Positions 39,167 to 48,109 of a stretch of DNA of 64,000 nucleotides are shown in pieces. The notes below the pieces were generated by a model. That model was given only the letters and a program-made list of their open reading frames with translations. It had not been told where the DNA came from and made no database searches. Every line of letters starts with the position of its first letter. Position 1 is the first letter of the stretch. This stretch comes from Trueperaceae bacterium. GTDB taxonomy: Bacteria > Deinococcota > Deinococci > Deinococcales > Trueperaceae. The position numbers and the translations under genes are program-made. Where the stretch lies: assembly GCA_965215565.1 (NCBI GenBank), contig CBDCDZ010000004.1, forward strand, positions 1,632,001 through 1,696,000. Direction: 5' to 3'.

Positions 39167-40429
39167 ATGACATCTACGCAAGCTATCCGCCGAGTGACCT
39201 CTCTATTCGCACTTCTCTTCTCGTTTGGCATTTTGAGCGCCTGTTCCGACGACGCAGCGTCCGAGGTGGGCGAGGGGCAACCTGTCGGGGCGGACAGGGC
39301 GCTGCTCGAGCTTAACGGCGAGACCCCCGGCTTCGGCGGTCTCTTCTACGACGAGCGCGGCGCGCTCAACGTCTACGTGCAGCGCGGTCAGCTCGCTACA
39401 CTCTCAGAAGGCGAGTTGGAAAGCACGTTCGCGGACTACTTGGCGCGCCCTTTGCGCGGCAGTTTGGACGCGCAGGGGTTGGGGCAAGGCAGCGAGGCGC
39501 AGCGTGACCTCGAGGTTTTAGAGGGCGACTACACCTTCCGCGACCTCTTAGCGTGGCGGTCACACGTAGACAGCTTAGGCGTCGAGGGCGTGGTGCTCAC
39601 CGACGCGGACGAGCGCCTCAACCGCGTGCGCGTCGGCGTGACGGACGAGGCGGCAAAGGCGAAACTCAAGGCGCGCTTAGCCGAGCAAAACATTCCTGCA
39701 GACGCCGTCGTTATCGAAGAGGTCACGCCCTACGCCGTGACCAAGAGCCTGCGCAGCAAGGTGCGCCCGCTCGTCGGCGGCTTAGAGATTGAGTACAGCG
39801 ACTCCGTCTGCACGTTGGGCTTTAACGCCAAGCGAAAAGGGCAAAAGGGCTTCGTGACGAACTCGCACTGCACCGACGAAGCGGGCGGCACAGAAGGGAC
39901 GCGCTACGCCCAGGGCGGCGGGCACGTTGGCGTGGAGCGGGCGGACCCTGAGTACCGAGAGAGCAAGAACTGCCCGGCGGGTAGGCGCTGCCGCACCTCC
40001 GACAGCGCGTTCATCGCCGCCCCGAACGTCAAGCGCAACACGGACGCGCTCGCGAGGACGGCGAAGCGGAGCGTAACGCTTGAAGGCAAGCTCGACATCA
40101 TGGGGCAAGGAGCGAGCACAGTCGCAGGCGAAAAACTCGACAAGGTAGGGCGCTCGACGGGCTGGACCCTCGGCGAAGCGGAGGAGACCTGCGTGAGCGT
40201 CGATGTCTACGACGAAGACGGCGACACGGGGCGCACGCTCCTGTGCCAAGACATCGTCTCCGCCGACATGGATTACGGTGACAGCGGCGCGCCGGTCTTT
40301 CGCTACGCAGGCGGCGGCGAGGTCTACATGCGCGGCGTCTTGTGGGGCGGCGCAGACGGCACCTACGTCTTTAGCCCCGCCGAGCAAATCCGCCGGGAGT
40401 TGAAACTCGACCGAGAAGCCGGCAGGTAG
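39167..40429 (+). CDS. lipoprotein S1 (alpha-lytic/chymotrypsin-like) serine protease with pro-region
   Basis: Lipobox LSAC; CTLGF, TNSHC, SDSA and GDSG motifs. Confidence 0.85.
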   Translation: MTSTQAIRRVTSLFALLFSFGILSACSDDAASEVGEGQPVGADRALLELNGETPGFGGLFYDERGALNVYVQRGQLATLSEGELESTFADYLARPLRGSLDAQGLGQGSEAQRDLEVLEGDYTFRDLLAWRSHVDSLGVEGVVLTDADERLNRVRVGVTDEAAKAKLKARLAEQNIPADAVVIEEVTPYAVTKSLRSKVRPLVGGLEIEYSDSVCTLGFNAKRKGQKGFVTNSHCTDEAGGTEGTRYAQGGGHVGVERADPEYRESKNCPAGRRCRTSDSAFIAAPNVKRNTDALARTAKRSVTLEGKLDIMGQGASTVAGEKLDKVGRSTGWTLGEAEETCVSVDVYDEDGDTGRTLLCQDIVSADMDYGDSGAPVFRYAGGGEVYMRGVLWGGADGTYVFSPAEQIRRELKLDREAGR

Positions 40430-40450
40430 AAGGGGAATCTCTTTCTCCCG

Positions 40451-40557
40451 CTGGTAGTTCTAAGTAGAACGTCGCCGTGTAACGAACAAGGGGTTGAAAC
40501 CCCTTGTTTCGACATCCCTTGCTTCGATATCAGCGTCATTCCAGATAGAGCCACGAC
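40451..40557 (-). repeat. family-2 repeat, copy 2 (internal duplication and deletion)
   Basis: Reverse complement GTCGTGGCTCTATCTGGAATGACGCTGAT...CAAGGGGTTTCAACCCCTTGTTC...CTTAGAAC matches the 10284 copy. Confidence 0.75.
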
Positions 40558-40576
40558 TCTCCTGGCTTCTCCACCC

Positions 40577-42175
40577 TCACTCCACGGCTGGTTTAGCTGA
40601 CGCTTGCGCCGCGCCGTCCGGCTCGGGGACGCTGGGGGTAGGATGACGCGAGGTCTGCTCGAGCCTGTCCAGATCGAGGTGCCCGCGCATGAAGCGCTCC
40701 GAGGCGTCCTTAAAAGGCTGAAAGTCCCAGTGGGTGTTCACGCCCTGCGCCAGCGTCTCGAAGATGAAGCGGCGGCGCTGCTGGCTGTCAATCACCTCGT
40801 CGTGGAGCGCGCGAACGTCCCAGCGCGCGCTGACCTCTTCCGCGAACGATTGCCGTAACGCTTCGTGCTCGGCCCACCCCGCTAGATTCGTGCGCTCGTG
40901 CGGGTCAGCTTCAACGTCGAAGAGTTGCTCGGGGTCGGGCGGGCTGTAGATATATTTGTAGCGCCCACGCCGAATCATGAGGAGCGGCGCGACTGCGCCT
41001 TCGCCCAACATCTCGCCGTGAACAGTGCGTTCAGGCGGTTGCGCCGCGCCGTCCTCCAAAAGAGGGAGCAAGCTGCGCCCCTCCAAGGGCGAGACGTAGT
41101 CCGTTACACCGCCCGCCAGCTCGGTCAGCGTCGGCAGCATGTCCACGAGCGAGACATTTTGCGAGACGCGCCCCGGCGCGAACCGCCCCGGCGCGTGCAC
41201 GAGGAGCGGGATGCGCGCTGAGGATTCAAAAAAGGACATCTTGTACCAGAGCCCCCGTTCGCCCAACATCTCACCGTGGTCCGCCGTAAAAATGATGAGG
41301 GTGTTGTCGCGCTGTCCGGTTCTCTCTAACGCCTCTACAAGCTGCCCCACCTTGTCGTCGACGTAGCTGATCATGCCGTAGTAGGCGTGACGCGCGTTTT
41401 TCACGCGCGCCTCGGTCTGCTCGTACTCTCCTAACGCGCACGCAGCAAAGAGCCGCTGGCTGTGCGGGTCGAGTTCGTCGTAGGGCAGCGGCGGGATGGT
41501 GGGCAAATCGATCTCGTCATGGTCGTAGCGGTCCCAGTATTCCTGCGTGATGGCGAAGGGGTCATGCGGGTGCGTGAAGGACACGTTCAGAAAGAAGGGG
41601 CGCGGGTCCGGGCTGCGCGCCAAGTCGTACACCTTGCGCACGGCGCGAAACGCCACCTCCTCGTCGTAGTCGAGCTGATTGCTCGTCTCGCACACGCCCG
41701 CTTGCACCACGCTCAAGAGGTTGTGATACCAAGAAAAGCGCTCCCGCCGCGTCCAGTCGGGCGTCCAGCCGAAGTCCGAGGGGTAGATGTCCGTCGTCAG
41801 CCGCTCCTCGAAGCCGTGCAGTTGATCCGGCCCGACGAAGTGCATCTTGCCCGCGAGCGACGTAGCGTAGCCCGCCCTGCGCAGATAGTGGGCGAAGGTG
41901 GGCGTGTCGGCAGCGAGTAGTCCCGCGTTATCGAATGCGCCATTCTTCGAGGGAAGTTGCCCGGTGAGCATAGACGCCCTCGAGGGGCAGCAGAGCGGAC
42001 TGTTGCAGTAAGCGTTGTCGAACACGACGCCCTCTTGAGCCAACGCTGAGAGGTGCGGCGCGCGCACGAGCGGATGACCGTAAAAAGGCAGTGCGGCGGC
42101 GGCGAGTTGGTCCGCCATGATGAGGACGATATTGAGGGGTCGGGTATTCACCTGCGTATTCACCGAAGTATTCAC
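40577..42175 (-). CDS. betC: choline-sulfatase
   Basis: IMADQL, CxPxR (CCPSR), GKMHFVGPDQLHGFEERLTTDIYP and DHGEMLGERGLWYKM. Confidence 0.92.
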   Translation of the reverse strand: MNTSVNTQVNTRPLNIVLIMADQLAAAALPFYGHPLVRAPHLSALAQEGVVFDNAYCNSPLCCPSRASMLTGQLPSKNGAFDNAGLLAADTPTFAHYLRRAGYATSLAGKMHFVGPDQLHGFEERLTTDIYPSDFGWTPDWTRRERFSWYHNLLSVVQAGVCETSNQLDYDEEVAFRAVRKVYDLARSPDPRPFFLNVSFTHPHDPFAITQEYWDRYDHDEIDLPTIPPLPYDELDPHSQRLFAACALGEYEQTEARVKNARHAYYGMISYVDDKVGQLVEALERTGQRDNTLIIFTADHGEMLGERGLWYKMSFFESSARIPLLVHAPGRFAPGRVSQNVSLVDMLPTLTELAGGVTDYVSPLEGRSLLPLLEDGAAQPPERTVHGEMLGEGAVAPLLMIRRGRYKYIYSPPDPEQLFDVEADPHERTNLAGWAEHEALRQSFAEEVSARWDVRALHDEVIDSQQRRRFIFETLAQGVNTHWDFQPFKDASERFMRGHLDLDRLEQTSRHPTPSVPEPDGAAQASAKPAVE

Positions 42176-42396
42176 GACGTCACCCTATCAAAATCGTTAA
42201 GGCTGAATGAACCCTCACCTCTGTGAAACACTTCTCATTCTACTTATACTAAGTTGTATCCAGAAAGAGCGCCACGATAGGCGAAGGCTAGCTTAATATT
42301 GTGACAGTACTCGGCTTAAACGTTCATAGGTGCAGTGGTGGCGCTCTTGGATATCTGAGGTGGAGTAAACGACTGGGGGGCTAAAAGGAGCCTAGC

Positions 42397-43440
42397 ATGG
42401 CAGGGAAAAAGCGCATTGACTGGGTTGACTACGCGAAGGGTATCACCATCATCCTCGTCGTCTTTCACCACGCGATCGGCACGAGCCCTATCTACCAGAG
42501 CAGCGTCGCTGAGGGCTTACAGACCTTCGACAGGTGGCTGACCTACTTCCGAATGCCCCTCTTTATCTTTATCGCGGGGCTTTTCATCAAAAAGGCACTG
42601 TATTCTGAGTGGGCGGTGTTTCTCGAGACAAAGGTTTTCCACTTTCTCTACCTCTTCACATTGTGGTCTTTCATTAAAGAGGTCCTCGTACCCCTGGGTA
42701 TCAACCTCTTGCAGGGGGATGTGGCAGAAATCGCTGGAATTATCAACCCACTCAACTTCGCCGCGATCTTCGTCACGCCCCCCAACACGCTCTGGTTCAT
42801 TTACGCGCTGCTCATCTTTTTCGCCCTTATGCGGCTCTGTAAAGGCGTACCGCCCGCTATCATCTTCGCTGTCGCCGCCGCCATCTACGTTTTAACCACT
42901 ACCGCCCACACCACCGAACCACTCTTCTACCAGCGCCTCGGACACCTCTTTCCGTTTTTTGCGCTCGGCTATTTCGGCTCGGTACAGGTGCGCACCTTTG
43001 CCGAACACGTCAAGCCCTATCATCTCCTTATCGCGCCCCTCTACTTTCTCCTGGCGTCGCGGCTCTTAGCGGCGAACAGCGGCGCGGACGCCCTTATCTT
43101 CGTCGCCGAACTCATGGGCATCACCACGGGCATCGTTATCGCTAAGCTCACCGCCGACTTTTTAGCCGCCAGTGCACTCAGGCGCGTCGGTGCACACTCG
43201 CTCGCAGTCTATCTGGGGCACTTCTTCCCCATTGTAATGGTCAGCGTGCTCGCTGAGCGAGGGTTCATCCGCGGCGAACTCCTCGTGTTCGGGCTCGAGA
43301 TCAGTTTAGGTATCCTCTTGCCCATCGCGCTATTTAAGATGTGCGAGCACTTCGGCTGGGGGTGGCTCTACCGCGTCCCCAAACCTTTGCGCTTACCGCG
43401 CCGCCGCGTTTCCGGGGTGGAGCGTGGATTAGAAAGTTAG
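42397..43440 (+). CDS. acyltransferase family 3 (OafA-like) membrane protein
   Basis: RIDWVDYAKG..IILVV.HH, RMPLF and LWFIYAL motifs; multiple TM segments. Confidence 0.88.
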   Translation: MAGKKRIDWVDYAKGITIILVVFHHAIGTSPIYQSSVAEGLQTFDRWLTYFRMPLFIFIAGLFIKKALYSEWAVFLETKVFHFLYLFTLWSFIKEVLVPLGINLLQGDVAEIAGIINPLNFAAIFVTPPNTLWFIYALLIFFALMRLCKGVPPAIIFAVAAAIYVLTTTAHTTEPLFYQRLGHLFPFFALGYFGSVQVRTFAEHVKPYHLLIAPLYFLLASRLLAANSGADALIFVAELMGITTGIVIAKLTADFLAASALRRVGAHSLAVYLGHFFPIVMVSVLAERGFIRGELLVFGLEISLGILLPIALFKMCEHFGWGWLYRVPKPLRLPRRRVSGVERGLES

Positions 43441-44171
43441 ACGCCGACGAGTTGACTCTCTTGCACCTTGTCCACGAACGCCTTGAAGGGTGCAAAGTGT
43501 TCGGGGTAGCGTTCGAAGCTCATCTCGGGGTGCCACTGTACGCCTAATACGTAGTGTGAAGAGGTGCTCTCGATGGCTTCGATCACGCCGTCACTGCTCC
43601 TCGCGGTCACGCGCAAATCTTCGCCTAAGCGTTCGACGGCTTGATGGTGGTACGAGTTGGTGCGGACGACGTTGGAGCCAAAGGCTTTGGCGAGGTGGGA
43701 GTCAGGCTCGAGCCTCACCCCGTGCGAAGGTGCGCCGCCGATGTTCGTCTGCTCGTGCTGAACGGCGTTCGCTAAGTCGGGCACGTGCTGGTGGAGCGTG
43801 CCGCCCTGCGCCACGTTGATGAGTTGGATGCCCCTGCAAATGCCCAAGACGGGCACGTTGCGCGCTTTGGCGGCGCGGTACAGGGCGAGTTCGAAGTGGT
43901 CTCTGGCGGGGTCCACCACGCCCAACTCCGGGTGCGGCTCCGCGCCGTAGAAGCCGGGGTCCACGTCGATGCCGCCCGTGAAGAGGATGCCGTCCGCGCT
44001 CTCCAGGAACGCCTCTGCCATCTCGGGCACCAGGTTACTCACCAAGAGGGGTAAGCCGCCCGCTTGGGCGATGGCTTCGGCGTAGTTCTGTCCGCCGACG
44101 GAGTCCATGCGGCGCAGGCTGTGGTTGCGGAAGCTCGAAGCGGTCGTCATGAGGATACGAGGGCGCGTCAT
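43437..44171 (-). CDS. peptidase C26 / gamma-glutamyl-GABA hydrolase family glutamine amidotransferase
   Basis: GICRGIQ, NSYHHQA and VQWHPE motifs. Confidence 0.92.
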   Translation of the reverse strand: MTRPRILMTTASSFRNHSLRRMDSVGGQNYAEAIAQAGGLPLLVSNLVPEMAEAFLESADGILFTGGIDVDPGFYGAEPHPELGVVDPARDHFELALYRAAKARNVPVLGICRGIQLINVAQGGTLHQHVPDLANAVQHEQTNIGGAPSHGVRLEPDSHLAKAFGSNVVRTNSYHHQAVERLGEDLRVTARSSDGVIEAIESTSSHYVLGVQWHPEMSFERYPEHFAPFKAFVDKVQESQLVGV

Positions 44172-44262
44172 CTGCGTAGCTTAGCAAGTTGCGCAACAGG
44201 AGAACGTGTTCAACCGAACAGCCGAGTGAGCAGGGGTTGACATTGAGGCTTTTTACGTCCAA

Positions 44263-44458
44263 TAGCAGGTTACTTCGTATAGCTTCGCTCAATCATCTGG
44301 TCAGAGTGTACGAAGTCCTGCGAAGCAACACTACCACTGTAAGAAACACTATTCAGCGCGCACATTATAGGATGAAATCCCGCTAGTCCTCTTCTGCGAA
44401 GCCTGCGTAACGGACAGAGACCTGCGCTCATTTGTCTCGGTATGCCTTGGAAGTGCTG
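44263..44458 (+). mobile_element. family-1 MITE-like element, copy D (196 bp)
   Basis: 111-bp core plus 21, 21, 25 and a nested 18-nt cassette. Confidence 0.85.
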
Positions 44459-44473
44459 CAAGTTTTCCACAGA

Positions 44474-45218
44474 CTACGCGGTGAGAATCAGCGGCTTACC
44501 CTTCGTGATGACTACCGTATGCTCGAAGTGCGCAGTGAGGCTACCGTCCCTCGTGCCGACAGTCCAGCCGTCCGCCCCCGTGACGGCGCGGCTCCGTTTA
44601 ACCGAGACCATCGGCTCGACGGCGAGAACCAAACCGTCAGTGAGCTTCGTGCGGTGGGTGTTGGGAGTGGTAGAAGTTGAGCACGGACGGCTCCTCGTGA
44701 ATTGTGCGCCCCAAGCTGTGACCAGACAGCTCACGAATGACGTGAAACCCACGGCGCTTGACCTCTTTCTCCACCGCGCGCCCAATGACGTGGACGGGCT
44801 TGCCTACTTTGGCAACCTTTAGCGCCGCCCAGAACGCAGCTTCGGCGCAGGCGACGAGCGCGTCCGCTTCGCCCCTATCAGGCGGAACGACGACGGTCAG
44901 CGCGGCGTCCGCGATGAACCCGCCGACGGACGGCGTCACGTCGAGCTTGACGACGTCGCCGGGTCTCAGCGGTCTCAGGGTAGGTAGCCCGTGCACCACG
45001 TCCTCGTTGACCGAGATAAACGCATTTACGGGTGCACCGTACACGAGACGCGGCGCAGACGTCGCGCCGTGACGCGCGTAGACGTCCGCGCATAGCGCGT
45101 CGAGTTCCACCGGCGTGACGCCCGGTCTCACCGCCGCTTTCATCGCCCGCAACGCTTCGGCGACGACTGCGCCCGCGCGTTGCATCGCCTTCAATTCAGC
45201 TTCCGTCCTGATAGACAT
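44474..45218 (-). pseudogene. map: type I methionine aminopeptidase, frameshifted
   Basis: VVHG, DVT, ADAA, GH.LG and IHEEP lie in one frame; VEPMV and AHFEHTV lie in another. A 4-bp GGTG duplication sits at 44653-44660. Confidence 0.8.
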
Positions 45219-45230
45219 ACGTTCTCCTCA

Positions 45231-45362
45231 TAGCAGGTATCATCTGGTTTGAGTGAATGAAATTGTGCGAAGCAACACTCTCACTATATGAAACGACGTT
45301 TAGCACGCACATTCGATGATGATACCTGCGGCGTTCTGTCTCAGTATGTCGTGGAACTGCTA
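45231..45362 (+). mobile_element. family-1 MITE-like element, copy E (132 bp)
   Basis: 111-bp core plus 21 nt. Intact internal inverted repeat GCAGGTATCATC (45233)/GATGATACCTGC (45318). Confidence 0.87.
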
Positions 45363-45367
45363 TCACT

Positions 45368-45835
45368 TCAGGCGTTCGGTCTCAGCAAGTGCTCCAGACA
45401 GGGTCCGTACGTCACCCCTTGCCGAAAATCTTCCGCGAGGTCTTCGATGGTCACTTCTGAGAGCGCGGCTAAGAGCGCGTCGCGGACGCGCTGCCAAACC
45501 GAAGTGCGCGCGTGGCAGCGCCCCTCCTCTTGGCACGGCTCGTGCCAGTTGAGGCTGATGCACGAGAGCGGCGCGACGGGACCGTCAATGGCTCTCATCA
45601 CGTCGCGCAAGGTAGTGAGGTGCGCAGGCTTAAAGAGCGCGTAGCCGCCGCCCGTCCCCTTCTTCGAGGCGACGATATCTTTCGCGGAGAGTTGCGCTAA
45701 GATGCGCACTAGGTAAGGACGCGCCACGCCCGTCACCTCGCTTATTTCGTCGCTACCAACCCAGCGTCCGGGAGGCTGCGTCCCTAGAAAGCCCAACGCT
45801 TGCAGAGCGTAAATATCCGTTGCCGAAAGCCTCAT
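45368..45835 (-). CDS. Rrf2-family transcriptional regulator (3-Cys, probably Fe-S)
   Basis: G.GGGY, IDGP and C...C.....C motifs. TATAAT 5 nt before the ATG. Confidence 0.92.
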   Translation of the reverse strand: MRLSATDIYALQALGFLGTQPPGRWVGSDEISEVTGVARPYLVRILAQLSAKDIVASKKGTGGGYALFKPAHLTTLRDVMRAIDGPVAPLSCISLNWHEPCQEEGRCHARTSVWQRVRDALLAALSEVTIEDLAEDFRQGVTYGPCLEHLLRPNA

Positions 45836-45928
45836 GACGCATTATACGCCGCTGAGAGGTTTTTCTCGAGAAAGTCAGGTGAGGCTCGAGTCCCTCCTCT
45901 TAGCGCCGCCAAAATAGGGCTCGGCAAG

Positions 45929-46042
45929 GTAGTAGCTCCATCTGCAATGGCGCCGGTGTCAAAGCAAGGGGTTGAAACCCCTTGTTCATCGTATGGAGAT
46001 GGCAGAAGTAGCGCGCGGCGGTATCCGACTTAGAAGCGCTAC
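45929..46042 (+). repeat. family-2 repeat, copy 3 (114 bp)
   Basis: Colinear with 10284-10397. Confidence 0.8.
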
Positions 46043-46109
46043 CCTTAGCAAGAGCGAAAGAGGCCCAAGAAAATAGCGTTCGACATAATCATCTATAAAA
46101 AGTAGGTAC

Positions 46110-46139
46110 AAAAAAACGCGAGAGGTCACGACCTCTCGC
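46110..46139 (-). terminator. intrinsic terminator after rpmE
   Basis: GCGAGAGGTC/GACCTCTCGC stem followed by T7 on the minus strand. Confidence 0.8.
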
Positions 46140-46157
46140 AAAACTGGGTGGCGCGTT

Positions 46158-46379
46158 TTATTTCTTGCGGTTGCGGCGGTAGCTCTCACCGAAACGCTTC
46201 TGGAACTTCTCTACGCGCCCTTCGGTGTCGATGAAGCGCTGCTGTCCGGTGTAGAAAGGGTGGTTGCCCGACCACACGTCCACGCGGACCTCTTCTTTGG
46301 TGCTGTAGGTTTCCATGACGACTTCGCCGTCGCAGTAGACCTTGCAGGGGACCATCTTGGGGTGAATATCTTTTTTCAT
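46158..46379 (-). CDS. rpmE: 50S ribosomal protein L31
   Basis: MKKDIHP, HPFYTG and GRVEKF motifs. SD AAGGAG. Confidence 0.96.
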   Translation of the reverse strand: MKKDIHPKMVPCKVYCDGEVVMETYSTKEEVRVDVWSGNHPFYTGQQRFIDTEGRVEKFQKRFGESYRRNRKK

Positions 46380-46823
46380 ATCTCTCCTTACGCGGGGTGT
46401 AGAGGTTGAAAATGCCAGGTTAAAGCGGCGCAGACTCTAGCTCGAGGCGAGCGGCCTTATCCCTGGAGTGTGTTCCGCAGTCCTTTATTTGTAGCGCTCA
46501 TAGCTGGATAAAACACCGCTAAAGACCTGCTATACCCCGCAAGCCAAAGCTGATTGTAGCAGATATGCCGCCCCTTTGCACAGCGCGTTGGACGCGCCTT
46601 GCTCGGAGCCCCTCGAGCCGACATCGCTCAGGGTCTTCAAGGTGTGTCGCAACGCTTTTAGAACGCCGCTCAACGCGGCTCGGCGAGGTGGTAAATTGGC
46701 GGGGATGACAACCCAAACCCTGCGGACACGCCCCGACGGAGCACACCAGACTCGAGCGTCCCGCACCCAACGGAAAGGTGATTTTTAGAACGTGAGTGCG
46801 GCTCCGGCACACCTCTTGATATA

Positions 46824-47022
46824 AAGCAGTTCATAGAAGTACTGAATTGGAATAGCGCAAGCCTCAGTTCGAAGAACTAGCGGGATTTCATTTAAGAATG
46901 TGTGTGTTCGCCGGTGTTCTCTAACGTGAGACTGGCTCAAACCAAATGAAGTTCCGCTCTCAGGCAAAGCCATCCCGCTAGGCTTCGCCTGAGAGCGGGA
47001 CGGCTCCGCCTGAGACTTGCTA
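46824..47022 (-). mobile_element. family-1 MITE-like element, copy F (199 bp)
   Basis: 111-bp core plus 64 nt (22 + 42) and 24 nt. Confidence 0.8.
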
Positions 47023-47062
47023 TATAGATCAGATACGCGCGAATACAAAGATAGGAGACCCG

Positions 47063-48109
47063 ATGGACATCATCCGCTACCTGGATGAACACGGCAAACC
47101 CTCTCGAGACATCCCTTTTGAAGGTCACGAGTTGGTGAGAGGCTACCGCGCCCTGCGCCGCACCCGCTTCTTCGACGAGCGCGCCGAGGTGTTGCAGCGC
47201 CAGGGCAAGCTGGGCGTCTATCCGCCCTATAGGGGGCAAGAAGCCGCGCAAGTCGGCACGGCGTTGGCGCTTAAAGAGGACGACTGGCTCGTGCCCTCAT
47301 ACCGCGAGAGCGCCGCCGCGCTCGTTCACGGGCTGCCGCTGCACATGCTCATCCTCTTCTGGCGAGCGCATCCGGCTGGCTGGCGCTTTCCAGACGGGTT
47401 GCGCATCTTGCCCTTCTATATCCCCATCGCGACGCAACTCCCGCAAGCGGTAGGCGTCGCGCACGCGAGTAGGTATAAGGGTGAGGACGCGGTGGCGATG
47501 ACCTATATCGGCGACGGCGGCACCTCCGAGGGCGACTTTCACGAAGCGCTCAATTTCGCCTCGGTCTTTGACGCGCCCGTGGTCTTCGTCGTGCAGAATA
47601 ACGGCTGGGCGATCAGCGTGCCCACCGCTAAGCAGATGAAGGTCAAACAGATCGCGCACCGCGCCAAAGGTTATGACATGCCCGGCGTCATCGTGGACGG
47701 CAACGACCTCGTGGCGGTGTGGCACACCGCGAAAGAGGCGGTGGCGCGGGCGCGGGCGGGCGGCGGACCCACGCTCATCGAAGCCATGACCTACCGCGTC
47801 GCGCCGCACACCACCTCGGACGACCCGAGCCGCTACAGAGGCGAGGCGGACACGGAGGTGTGGATGGGACGAGAGCCCGTCAAGCGGATGCGCACGGCGC
47901 TTAGAGACCTTGAACTCTGGGACGACGAACAAGAGGACGACCTCTTAGCGGACCTCAAAGACGAACTCGCCGACGCCGTTCAAAAGGCGGACGACGCATC
48001 CACACCGCAACCGCAAGAGATTGTGGAGCACGTCTTCGAGACGATGAGCCCGGACCAGCGGCGGGCGTGGGAAACGCTGAAAGGGGGCGCACGTGCAAAC
48101 GCTCAATAA
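47063..48109 (+). CDS. pdhA: 2-oxoacid (pyruvate/branched-chain) dehydrogenase E1 alpha
   Basis: GQEA, GDG...NN TPP-binding motif, [11 protein letters not shown]. Confidence 0.88.
   Translation: MDIIRYLDEHGKPSRDIPFEGHELVRGYRALRRTRFFDERAEVLQRQGKLGVYPPYRGQEAAQVGTALALKEDDWLVPSYRESAAALVHGLPLHMLILFWRAHPAGWRFPDGLRILPFYIPIATQLPQAVGVAHASRYKGEDAVAMTYIGDGGTSEGDFHEALNFASVFDAPVVFVVQNNGWAISVPTAKQMKVKQIAHRAKGYDMPGVIVDGNDLVAVWHTAKEAVARARAGGGPTLIEAMTYRVAPHTTSDDPSRYRGEADTEVWMGREPVKRMRTALRDLELWDDEQEDDLLADLKDELADAVQKADDASTPQPQEIVEHVFETMSPDQRRAWETLKGGARANAQ

Noticed and set aside
44637..44665. Programmed frameshift in map
   Set aside because: No slippery heptamer is present, and a 4-bp duplication explains the shift.
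46158..46379. L31 lacking the full four-Cys Zn motif as a novelty
   Set aside because: Cys-poor L31 of this type is expected in Deinococcus-like lineages.
46700..46790. Glycine riboswitch or T-box (CCGACGGAGCA resembles an aptamer segment)
   Set aside because: The GGAGA and CTCTCAGG elements and the T-box consensus are missing. An Infernal/Rfam search would settle it.
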